Source of the DNA: a virus
Taxonomy: Duplodnaviria > Caudoviricetes
IMG/VR virus record: IMGVR_UViG_3300020576_005098
Span: 23,264 to 87,263 of that record
Reading direction: 5' to 3' (one strand)
Length of the DNA stretch: 64,000 nt
Shown piece after piece: positions 35,135-43,343 of this stretch (positions within the stretch are counted from its first letter, which is position 1; each line of letters opens with the position of its first letter). The position numbers and the translations under genes were made by a program. The notes under the pieces were generated by a model that was given only the letters and a program-made list of their open reading frames with translations, ran no database searches and had not been told where the DNA came from.

Positions 35135-35498
35135 TCCTGTCCAAAGCTTTGTTGTAGAGATCGAAAAACAGTTTCCTGGTGTTTCTTTGGATTTGGGATT
35201 GAGCCGTTCTGGGGATGTTTTGATTTTATCGAAGATTGTTGTTGGGAAAGAAAGCAGGGGGAAGGGAATTGGGTCTGAGGTTATGAGGCGTCTGGTGGCT
35301 TTTGCAGACCGTCACGGGTTGAGGATAGGTCTCACTCCGTCTGGGGATTTTGGTGGCTCTGTTGGGCGTCTCAAGAGGTTCTACAGGGGCTTTGGGTTCA
35401 AACCTTACAAGGGATTTGATCACAGAGAGACAATGGAAAGAGAACCCCTAACCTCCCCAATGAGTTTGTCAGAGATTTTGTTTAGACCCGAAATTTGA
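35124..35498 (+). CDS. GNAT family acetyltransferase
   Basis: IVVGKESRGKGIGSEVMRRLVAFAD...RLKRFYRGFGF. Confidence 0.88.
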   Translation: MSPDPVQSFVVEIEKQFPGVSLDLGLSRSGDVLILSKIVVGKESRGKGIGSEVMRRLVAFADRHGLRIGLTPSGDFGGSVGRLKRFYRGFGFKPYKGFDHRETMEREPLTSPMSLSEILFRPEI

Positions 35499-35517
35499 TG
35501 AACACTCTTGGAAAACC

Positions 35518-35546
35518 TTGACTTGCCTGTGTGGTTGTGGTAGAGT
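35518..35546 (+). promoter_or_regulatory. sigma70-type promoter
   Basis: TTGACT-N17-TAGAGT with TG extension. Confidence 0.7.
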
Positions 35547-35552
35547 TGCCTC

Positions 35553-35828
35553 ATGAGTGATGAGACAAGCAAAATCGGTGCGGGAAAACTGTACCGAATC
35601 GTAGACACACAAATGAAGTTCCCTCTTTATCTCATGGCACAAGATTCATCAGGAGGCAACAAGATCCCGTTTCTTGCCAATGGTGATCTTTTCATGGTTT
35701 TAGAGGTATTGAAGGAAGAAAAACTTGGAGATGACCTGTGGTGTTTGGTCAAAACTTTGACCACCTCTGGGGATCGGTGCCTTGTGTGCTTCTTACCGAA
35801 AAACATTGAAGAAGTTAAGGATGTGTAA
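35553..35828 (+). CDS. hypothetical protein
   Basis: 91 aa. Confidence 0.6.
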   Translation: MSDETSKIGAGKLYRIVDTQMKFPLYLMAQDSSGGNKIPFLANGDLFMVLEVLKEEKLGDDLWCLVKTLTTSGDRCLVCFLPKNIEEVKDV

Positions 35829-35829
35829 A

Positions 35830-36111
35830 ATGGCAAATTCCAACATTGTTTTCATTCTTTTGAAGTTGGGTCAGACACAGGATCCTCTTGAGGCTGTTCA
35901 ATACCTTGAAGAAATTATGGGTACGAACAAGGATGTGACCATGCCGAGTGGTATTACAATCACAGCCGTTGCTCACATCCTGAAAATTCTGTATTCAACG
36001 AGGGAGCATCCAAATCACGCCGTTGCAATCACAAAGTTCATTCTTCTGTGCCAAAACTGGTTGAATACCTTCAAGGCAAACATGAAACCAAACACAGGAT
36101 ATCGCGGATGA
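35830..36111 (+). CDS. hypothetical protein
   Basis: Start ATG 35830 (MANSNIV). Confidence 0.55.
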   Translation: MANSNIVFILLKLGQTQDPLEAVQYLEEIMGTNKDVTMPSGITITAVAHILKILYSTREHPNHAVAITKFILLCQNWLNTFKANMKPNTGYRG

Positions 36112-36235
36112 ATCTAAATCGCCCCAGGATGCTTTTTAGAGCCCTGGAATGTTTCTGTTGCACGAGAGTGGCTTGAAATGATTTGGAAGCCTGGAAGGGG
36201 CCTTCCTGTGTCAAGAAAAGGTAACGGTGATTATC

Positions 36236-36388
36236 ATGAGTGGTAAAGAAAAGAAGGGTGGTTGGGTGAAGCAGGTTGAGGTTGAGGAGGTTTACGTTTT
36301 TCTGATGACTGTTCTTTTGGGAATGTTTGTTGGGATGTTCGTAACCAACTTCATTGTCTCACTCGTTCAGTTTCTGATTAGGAACTAG
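36236..36388 (+). CDS. small single-pass membrane peptide (50 aa)
   Basis: Manually translated MSGKEKKGG...VYVFLMTVLLGMFVGMFVTNFIVSLVQFLIRN. Confidence 0.5.
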   Translation: MSGKEKKGGWVKQVEVEEVYVFLMTVLLGMFVGMFVTNFIVSLVQFLIRN

Positions 36389-36400
36389 GAAGGAAGTAAC

Positions 36401-36526
36401 ATGAAGAGAATGTGGAATAAGGCGTGGCGGTGGTTGGTCACAAGCCCGATTGTGTATCACTTGATTCCTTACGGAATGGTGATCCTTGGTTTGGCCTTGA
36501 TCGTGTTGGGAATTTTTGACAAGTGA
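36401..36526 (+). CDS. small membrane peptide (41 aa)
   Basis: GGAAGGAAG RBS; MKRMWNKAWRWLVTSPIVYHLIPYGMVILGLALIVLGIFDK. Confidence 0.5.
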   Translation: MKRMWNKAWRWLVTSPIVYHLIPYGMVILGLALIVLGIFDK

Positions 36527-36546
36527 TTCTGAAGAAAGGAAAAGAG

Positions 36547-36684
36547 ATGAAATTCTGGAAGATGTATGAGGGTATGGGTGTTGGTTGGCAAGCGGCGATC
36601 CTAACACTTCTTCACTGGGGTGTTGCCGTTGGACTTCTCGGTGGTTTTCTTGTTATTTTGAGCAGAAACAATGTCTCTTATTGA
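36547..36684 (+). CDS. small membrane peptide (45 aa)
   Basis: MKFWKMYEGMGVGWQAAILTLLHWGVAVGLLGGFLVILSRNNVSY. Confidence 0.5.
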   Translation: MKFWKMYEGMGVGWQAAILTLLHWGVAVGLLGGFLVILSRNNVSY

Positions 36685-36874
36685 TCAATATGAGGCATTT
36701 CTACAAAAGGAGCAGAAGAAGATAAATTTGTTCGTTGAACAAACAATGCACTACGGGACTGGGTTTGTACCAAACAGTCCCCCCCACATTTTCTTCAAGA
36801 AAGTTTCGCTCAACATTCTATTTTGGCTTCTCTGGTTTCTCTTCCTTTTCTTTGTGGCATTTCTCGACAAATGA
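36671..36874 (+). CDS. small membrane protein (67 aa)
   Basis: C-terminal hydrophobic helix; coupled ORF. Confidence 0.55.
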   Translation: MSLIDQYEAFLQKEQKKINLFVEQTMHYGTGFVPNSPPHIFFKKVSLNILFWLLWFLFLFFVAFLDK

Positions 36875-37005
36875 AAAAAAACCATTCAGCACAGCAGAAA
36901 CCATTTCGGGATTTTGTTGATATGCTTGTGATTGCCGCCTTGGTTTTCACAATGCTCAAAGCAGCCCAAGTCCTGTTCCAGCTAACACACAACAGTCATC
37001 TATAA
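36871..37005 (+). CDS. small membrane peptide (44 aa)
   Basis: ATGA overlap; MLVIAALVFTMLKAAQVLF. Confidence 0.45.
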   Translation: MKKNHSAQQKPFRDFVDMLVIAALVFTMLKAAQVLFQLTHNSHL

Positions 37006-37739
37006 AACGTGTCAATGATCTCGTTGGACGCACCATAATCCAACAAAACAATCTTCCCCAGCGAAGTTTTTCCCCACTGGCGGATCCCACCAAAATCAAC
37101 AGGATCCAACCCAAAAGCAGAAACAGCTTGTTGTAAACCTCTGAAAACACGTTTGGCTGTTTTGTTTTTTTTGATTGCTGCCTCTACCCTTTTGCGCGAT
37201 TCAATCTTGCTGGTTGAACTTGTTCCATAGTCTTCCTCGGAAGAGGTGCTGGAATAACTTGAAAGAACACTTGAAAGCGACGTTGGATGCAAGCCGCCAG
37301 AAAGCTCAAAGAATTCTTCTACGTTTTTCAAAGGTCTGACGAGATCAGCAATCAACCAAAGGCCATTCGGTTCCAGTTTATACGATTCCGGAATAACTGC
37401 TTTCACCGCTGGGGGGGCGTCTCTCCAAGTGTTGAATTCCTGTTGATTTTGTGCCGCACCGGCTTCCGTGTACTTCTCAACATACTGACTCTTGAAACTC
37501 CCAGCCAGTTTCAGTGCGAATCTCGATGAAAGAACGTAAGCAGTCCTGGAAGAACCTTCTCCCACCTTCTGCAATCCCTTTGACTCAACATAATCTCTAA
37601 GAATTTTTGCTTTCTCAACTGTTGGGAGATTATCTTTCCCATTCAGGAGGGATTCAAATTCTCTTATGTTGAAACCTGTTCCCCTAATGGCTTCACCAAA
37701 CAAGAATTCCGAAAGGATTCCGAGTTTGTTGGTTTTCAT
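36996..37739 (-). CDS. protein kinase-like fold protein
   Basis: VGEGSSRTAY (Gly loop), ALKLA, QNQQE, PVDFG...QWG, LLDYG; start ATG 37739. Confidence 0.72.
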   Translation of the reverse strand: MKTNKLGILSEFLFGEAIRGTGFNIREFESLLNGKDNLPTVEKAKILRDYVESKGLQKVGEGSSRTAYVLSSRFALKLAGSFKSQYVEKYTEAGAAQNQQEFNTWRDAPPAVKAVIPESYKLEPNGLWLIADLVRPLKNVEEFFELSGGLHPTSLSSVLSSYSSTSSEEDYGTSSTSKIESRKRVEAAIKKNKTAKRVFRGLQQAVSAFGLDPVDFGGIRQWGKTSLGKIVLLDYGASNEIIDTFYR

Positions 37740-37740
37740 G

Positions 37741-38526
37741 TTAGTATTTCCTCCCGAAAAGTGCTTCACCCGCTTTGGCTATTGCAATCTGTTGTTCTTG
37801 TTTGCTGATATCTCCGTCCACTTCCATTTCTTCCAACAGGATACTTCCTTGACGCCTGAGAGAAGCAAGGTTGATGCTTGTTCCGATATATCTCCAAGCG
37901 TCAGCGGTTCCCAGCTTTGAATTGTCTCTCAAAGGAAGAGGGCAATCGTCAGAAGTGTCGGAAGGGGTTAGTGGTGTTGGACTTTCTTTTCTTCTGCGTC
38001 TTGGATAGCGGCCACTGAATCTGTACCACTTGGTATCAGCAGCCCTGGAATTCAATGGATCCTTTTCGCTGGAGAAGTTGTCGAGTGGTGCTTTTTCCCA
38101 TTCTGGACTCTGTTCGATCCCAGCCCATGTTTTTTGTGCCGCTGGAGACGTGGAAACAAATCTGTCACTTGTCAAGAAGCTGTTTCCATAAAGGCTGAGA
38201 AGTGCGTAACAAGCAGACCCGGCGCCGGGATAATTCGGATTTGCAACGATCCAGTTGACCACATGAGCATCAGAGCACATTGGTTCTTTTAGTTTCATGA
38301 TCTGTCCTGCTCCACACAACCAGGAGAAGTCGTTTTCATTTTCCAAAGCTCTGGGTGTGTATTTCTCAGAGTTGATAAGAAAAACAGTCGTGACCTGCCC
38401 TGATCTTCCAAACACAGCACCATAGGTTGGTGCTTTGAATTGTGAAACTTTGGCCCCAAACTCCATCCCTTCCCCAAACAAAAACATTTCCAGCAGCCAC
38501 CGTTGTTGTTTCACTGATTCATCCAT
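37741..38526 (-). CDS. GNAT-like paralog 1
   Basis: ANPNYPGAG..CY...LTSDR..STSPAAQKTW. Confidence 0.75.
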   Translation of the reverse strand: MDESVKQQRWLLEMFLFGEGMEFGAKVSQFKAPTYGAVFGRSGQVTTVFLINSEKYTPRALENENDFSWLCGAGQIMKLKEPMCSDAHVVNWIVANPNYPGAGSACYALLSLYGNSFLTSDRFVSTSPAAQKTWAGIEQSPEWEKAPLDNFSSEKDPLNSRAADTKWYRFSGRYPRRRRKESPTPLTPSDTSDDCPLPLRDNSKLGTADAWRYIGTSINLASLRRQGSILLEEMEVDGDISKQEQQIAIAKAGEALFGRKY

Positions 38527-39331
38527 ACCTTTCCGAGAAAAGGCGAATTGCAGCCTTTCTCAACAAAACTTCCAAGCGAGGTTTTCCATCAACCACATCA
38601 TCTGGGAATTCAAATGTGATAGGGCTCATAACTTCCGAAGCGAACTCATCCCCAGATTGAATAAGGGACTCAAGTTTTGCTGGGCCTGCATAAACCCAAG
38701 CATCGACAGAACCCAAAACCTTGTTGATTCCATCTTCGGGGTTTTTGTCGCCATAAGTTCTGTTTTGTGGTAATTGACAATCATCTTGTGTGAATCCTGG
38801 GGTTAGTGGGTTTCCACCAAAGTAGATCAACCTTCTACTGGGCCATGTTCCTTGATGGCGATAATAGTCTCCCCAGATGTCGTGATTATCCAACGGAGCC
38901 CTTCTCCACTTGGACGAATCCGTTTCAATCTTAGCCCAAGTCTTTTTTGCAGAATCAGAGGTGCTGACATCTCTATCACTCACAATAGGTCCGCCAATCA
39001 TCTCCCCAAACAATTCGTAACAAACAAGTCCAGCACCCGGAAACTTCTTAGAAGAAGCAACAGAGGCAACTTCAACTGCTCCAAGGCAGTCTCCCTGATG
39101 TGATTTTCCTTTGCGAATCATTCCACATAACCAATCCTCATATTTTCCAACAACCGAGAAGAAGTTCTTTTCTCTTGCGAGTGTTTCTCTCAGGGATTGT
39201 TTGTGGAAGAGGGTGATGGCTTTCCCATTACCTGTAACAGAAATGATTACAACCCCATATTCTGCCGGGGTCGTGTAGTCTCTTTTTGTTTCTGTTGTAT
39301 TCTCACCAAAGAGAATATGAGTGAGTTTCAT
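38519..39331 (-). CDS. GNAT-like paralog 2
   Basis: KFPGAG..CY...IVSDR..STSDSAKKTW. Confidence 0.75.
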   Translation of the reverse strand: MKLTHILFGENTTETKRDYTTPAEYGVVIISVTGNGKAITLFHKQSLRETLAREKNFFSVVGKYEDWLCGMIRKGKSHQGDCLGAVEVASVASSKKFPGAGLVCYELFGEMIGGPIVSDRDVSTSDSAKKTWAKIETDSSKWRRAPLDNHDIWGDYYRHQGTWPSRRLIYFGGNPLTPGFTQDDCQLPQNRTYGDKNPEDGINKVLGSVDAWVYAGPAKLESLIQSGDEFASEVMSPITFEFPDDVVDGKPRLEVLLRKAAIRLFSERYG

Positions 39332-39360
39332 GGTTGATGATGTAAATACCTGATCTCAAC

Positions 39361-40020
39361 TCACTCACCAAACCAAGAATCATAGAAGGTTTCTAGGAAC
39401 TCAACAGTTCCACCAACGTCCAAGAAAACAATGTCGCCTTCACGGTTCTTTCCAAGTTGATGAATGCCAACCATGTCTTTGGGTGAGAGACCAGCACGGA
39501 CGAGCGCCTGAGCCCCAGCAAACCACCCCAGAAGCTTTTCTGGGGCGCCCATTTGTCTCAGACGGGTCGGAGGCAGGGAAGGAAATTCGGGCGCCAGGAT
39601 AATGCCTTCAAACGTCTCCTTGGTCATGCCCTCCATCGCCTGCTCAAAATCATTCCAGTTCCTCAAGGGTCGAACCAACTCAGAGATCATCCAGAAACCC
39701 CTGGCACGATCAAAGGCTTTGATGGTTGGAACAACAAGTTGTGCTTCTGGAGGAGCATTCCCGACCATCTTGAATTCCTCTTTATTTTGGTAAACACCTT
39801 CATCCGTTTCGGCAAGTTTCAGAACCGTTTTTGCTGAAATGATATAAACAACTCTTCCAGAACCCGCACCAACCATTGGCAGCTTGTCTTTGGCATAAGA
39901 CAACATCTCTTGGAGGGTATCAAGCCGGGCAAAGTCTTTGAGAATGAAAGGAGATTTCCGATTTAGAGAACGATTGCTTTCGGGAAGAAATAGAATGGAA
40001 GAAAGATCAGGTGTTGGCAT
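39361..40020 (-). CDS. protein kinase-like fold protein (paralog of 36996-37739)
   Basis: VGAGSGRVVY, VLKLA, QNKEE, ELVRPL, PKDMVG..QLG, FLDVG; start ATG 40020. Confidence 0.72.
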   Translation of the reverse strand: MPTPDLSSILFLPESNRSLNRKSPFILKDFARLDTLQEMLSYAKDKLPMVGAGSGRVVYIISAKTVLKLAETDEGVYQNKEEFKMVGNAPPEAQLVVPTIKAFDRARGFWMISELVRPLRNWNDFEQAMEGMTKETFEGIILAPEFPSLPPTRLRQMGAPEKLLGWFAGAQALVRAGLSPKDMVGIHQLGKNREGDIVFLDVGGTVEFLETFYDSWFGE

Positions 40021-40052
40021 TGGTTGTTTGAAGCGTAAATACTGGAGAAGTA

Positions 40053-40889
40053 TCAGCGTGAGAACCAACCGTTTTCTTGTGCCTGTTCAAACAAAACCCC
40101 AGCGCAAACTTCAAGAAATGAATTCAGTTCCATTCCAGGCATGAGGTTTTTCATTCCGTTTTCAACATAAGCTCCAAGTTTTTTACCATAAGCGATCATT
40201 CCTTTGGCATCTACTGGACCCTTGTACTTGTATGCGTTAGCAGAACCAAGAAGATCTGCTACTTTTGGAACATCCCACTTGCTGATGTTTGTTTTCTTTT
40301 TTGTTGGAATGGGGCAGTCATCAACAGAGCTATCAGGGGTTTTGGCTCCACTTGGTCCAAGATCTTTCACACTTCTTGCTGGAAAGTGACCTTGATAATC
40401 AACAAATGATTTATAGGCGCCGTTTTGATCGGTCACTTTGACATAGTTGTCCAGTTCAGCTCCAATCATTGTCCATTCCGGACTTTGTTCTATCTTCGCC
40501 CAGGCTTTTTTTGCTGCTGGGCTGGAGCTGTGTGCTCGATCACTTGTCAGAGGTGCGTCGAACACTTTGGAAGCTAGAGCATACATGGTTGAGCCCGCTC
40601 CTGGGTACAAAGGATTTCCAGCAACAAAAGCAACTTGCATCGCGCCAAAACATTCATCAGTCTCTGTTTCTCTCAACTGAATCATTCCAGCAGCAATCTT
40701 CTCATAAGGAACTTCTGATTCGTTTCCTTGAGAATACTTCATCAACTCTGCGAAGTTTACAAGAAGAAGTGTGTTTCCTTGAAGTTGAAACAGGGAATAT
40801 GTTGGAGCAGAAAAAACGTTCAGTTGTTTGGGTGCTGAAAGTTCTGACTTCTCAAAAAGGATGGAAGAGAGCGAAGTTTTGAGTTTCAT
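40053..40889 (-). CDS. GNAT-like paralog 3
   Basis: GNPLYPGAG..MY...LTSDR..SSSPAAKKAW; start ATG 40889. Confidence 0.75.
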   Translation of the reverse strand: MKLKTSLSSILFEKSELSAPKQLNVFSAPTYSLFQLQGNTLLLVNFAELMKYSQGNESEVPYEKIAAGMIQLRETETDECFGAMQVAFVAGNPLYPGAGSTMYALASKVFDAPLTSDRAHSSSPAAKKAWAKIEQSPEWTMIGAELDNYVKVTDQNGAYKSFVDYQGHFPARSVKDLGPSGAKTPDSSVDDCPIPTKKKTNISKWDVPKVADLLGSANAYKYKGPVDAKGMIAYGKKLGAYVENGMKNLMPGMELNSFLEVCAGVLFEQAQENGWFSR

Positions 40890-41827
40890 TACCCAGTAAT
40901 TCCTTTGTAGAGGTCTTGAAAAAACGGCCAAGATTGATGAGCGAGGTCATTCATCAATCTTTTTGGGTTGAGGGCATGTTCTTCTGAGGCTGAGGCAATA
41001 ACTTCTTTTCCTTTGGCGAGCAAGGGGGCGGGATCCAAACTGGAACCTGTATACCTCCAAGCATCAGCGGTGCCGAGGACATTATCAATTCCGTACTTGT
41101 CTTCTGCTGGGAGTTTGCAGTCATCTTTTGTATCAGGAGTTGCAGGTCTTGCTCGACCTTTGATTTTTCTGTTCGGCCAAGAATCTCTGATCTCATACCA
41201 TTCAAGGTCTGTATCTTCTTCCCCAAAAGATGAGTAAGTTCCAATGAAGTTATCCAGAGGAATCTTTTCCCACTCAGGATCTTGCTCAATCCTTGCCCAA
41301 GTCTTTTTTGCGGCATTGCTTGTGTGATGTTCTCTGTCACTGGTCAACGCCCCATACTTCTTTGAAAGAAATGCGTAACAAGCATAACCAGCACCGGGAT
41401 AACGGGGATTGCCAGTTGAAAAACCAACAGAGAAAGCTCCTCCACACTTCCCAACTGCTACACCACCAAGTCTCTGACCAGAAGCATATCCAGCCGCATA
41501 TTCATAAGGCTTTGATGGAAGAATTGCTCCGTTGTTTGCAGACAAGACATTGAGAAAATCTTTGGTGTTGATAAGGAACAGCCCTTCGCCCTCTTCATCA
41601 TCCGTTTCAATCAAGAAGAAATTGTCTGCTGTGAATCTTTTTGGATCTGATGCGGTAGGTGGAAGATGTTTGAATGCTCCTCTGGGTGGAAGCATCTTTT
41701 TAGGATCAAACAGTTGTCGCTGCGTTCCTTTGGGAACACTTCCATAACCCGGAACGTAGTCATCATATTCACCGGCTTCTTTGAGATAGATCCATTCAAG
41801 AAGTGTTTTTGGGGTTGTTGATTTCAT
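40889..41827 (-). CDS. GNAT-like paralog 4
   Basis: GNPRYPGAG..CY...LTSDR..HTSNAAKKTW. Confidence 0.75.
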   Translation of the reverse strand: MKSTTPKTLLEWIYLKEAGEYDDYVPGYGSVPKGTQRQLFDPKKMLPPRGAFKHLPPTASDPKRFTADNFFLIETDDEEGEGLFLINTKDFLNVLSANNGAILPSKPYEYAAGYASGQRLGGVAVGKCGGAFSVGFSTGNPRYPGAGYACYAFLSKKYGALTSDREHHTSNAAKKTWARIEQDPEWEKIPLDNFIGTYSSFGEEDTDLEWYEIRDSWPNRKIKGRARPATPDTKDDCKLPAEDKYGIDNVLGTADAWRYTGSSLDPAPLLAKGKEVIASASEEHALNPKRLMNDLAHQSWPFFQDLYKGITG

Positions 41828-41842
41828 GTCGTTGGTGATCTT

Positions 41843-42637
41843 TCAGAGGTAAACAGCGTCAAAAAGTTTTCTTGTGTGCTGTGCTATTGTCATCTTCCCC
41901 TCTTGTTCCTTCCCATTGAAAATTCTTCGAAGAGCTTCCTCCCCGTTGTTTTTCAAAGAGACAGCATCAACGGAAGAACCAACATAGAGCCAAGCGTCTG
42001 CTGAGCCGAGGTAATAATCTACCCCTTTCACACCAAATCCTGGAACCTTGCAATCATCGTTCTCTGTTTTGGTTCTTGGTTTGTTTGTCATCTGGACTTT
42101 TCTGTTGGGCCAGTTGCCAGAAACCCTTACCCAAGAGTTCAGGTTGTTTGTTCCACCCGAAGGATGTGATCCTGTAAAGCTATCCAGAGGAACTTTCTTC
42201 CACTCGGGACTTTGTTCGATCCTCGCCCAAGCCTTTTTTGCTGCTTCGCTGGTTGATCTCTTCCTGTCACTTGTTATTGGTTTTTTCAACAGAGAAGATG
42301 TTGCGGCGTAACAGACATAACCAGCGCCTGGAAATTTGGGATTGGCAGCAACGTATTCAATATCAAAAGCACCACTGCAATTTCCATCTTCGGGAAAAAG
42401 ACCAAGCTTCCCCGCTTTGGCGAAGGAGCAGAGATAGTCTTCCCAAACTCCTTGTTCAAACTTCCCAGTGCCAACTGCTTCTTCCAGCTTGCCAACATGA
42501 AACAAAACAAACATGCTTATGCCTTCAAAAGCAAAAAAGGAGCAGCCGTATTCTGGAGCCTTGAATCTTCCAGGATCTTTTGCTTGGTCGATGACTTGTT
42601 CGAGGAAAAGCCATCTGGATAGGTTGAATTTGGTCAT
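41843..42637 (-). CDS. GNAT-like paralog 5
   Basis: ANPKFPGAG..CY...ITSDR..STSEAAKKAW. Confidence 0.75.
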   Translation of the reverse strand: MTKFNLSRWLFLEQVIDQAKDPGRFKAPEYGCSFFAFEGISMFVLFHVGKLEEAVGTGKFEQGVWEDYLCSFAKAGKLGLFPEDGNCSGAFDIEYVAANPKFPGAGYVCYAATSSLLKKPITSDRKRSTSEAAKKAWARIEQSPEWKKVPLDSFTGSHPSGGTNNLNSWVRVSGNWPNRKVQMTNKPRTKTENDDCKVPGFGVKGVDYYLGSADAWLYVGSSVDAVSLKNNGEEALRRIFNGKEQEGKMTIAQHTRKLFDAVYL

Positions 42638-42675
42638 GATTTACTTGGTCTAACTATCCCAAGGAGATAGATGAA

Positions 42676-43341
42676 ATGAAACTTGATAAGACATGGAAGA
42701 AGGTGGTTGCGTTCGCTTTAGGGTTTATTGCACTGGTTGCCAGCAGCTTTTTCATTGGCCATGCCATTCACCAAGCAACGCGACCAGATAATCACAATGA
42801 AGACTTCTATGGAGTAATCAGGGTGCGATTGGCTGGAGAAGGTTGGACGGCAGAAAGAAGAGAGGCAGCAACAAAAGCAATGGAAGAACTTGAAAGGCTT
42901 GGTCCTTCCTTCCTCTTTGTTGCAGACAATGCACCAGCCGAAATTAGAGGCATCCCCGTTTGGATTGATTCACAAATTCCAGAAGGTGAAGTTGGAGGGC
43001 ATTGCCCAGCAGGAGTTTACCAAACCTTTCCACATGACAACAACAGCGTAAGAATCACACTGTTCCCGTCTTGTATTCACTCAAATCTTGAATTCCAAGG
43101 AGCATTCATGCACGAGCTTGGTCATGCAATTGGGATGGATCACGTTTGTAGAACTGTTGGGGAGGATGGTGTTTGTAGCTCTGTTGGTTATGGTGTTTCA
43201 TTTATGAACCCCAACCTTGTTTACGACGAAGCTCTGCCAACAACCACTCAATTCTCCATTCCAATGTTGGAAGTCACCGAGTTGGATGTTAGAGAATATA
43301 GAATGGCTCGCGGCAGAGCTTCAATTCGCCCTGTTGAATGA
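42676..43341 (+). CDS. membrane-anchored metzincin (matrixin-like) zinc metalloprotease
   Basis: N-terminal TM helix; HELGHAIGMDH; downstream Met-turn (SFMNP). Confidence 0.8.
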   Translation: MKLDKTWKKVVAFALGFIALVASSFFIGHAIHQATRPDNHNEDFYGVIRVRLAGEGWTAERREAATKAMEELERLGPSFLFVADNAPAEIRGIPVWIDSQIPEGEVGGHCPAGVYQTFPHDNNSVRITLFPSCIHSNLEFQGAFMHELGHAIGMDHVCRTVGEDGVCSSVGYGVSFMNPNLVYDEALPTTTQFSIPMLEVTELDVREYRMARGRASIRPVE

Positions 43342-43343
43342 TC

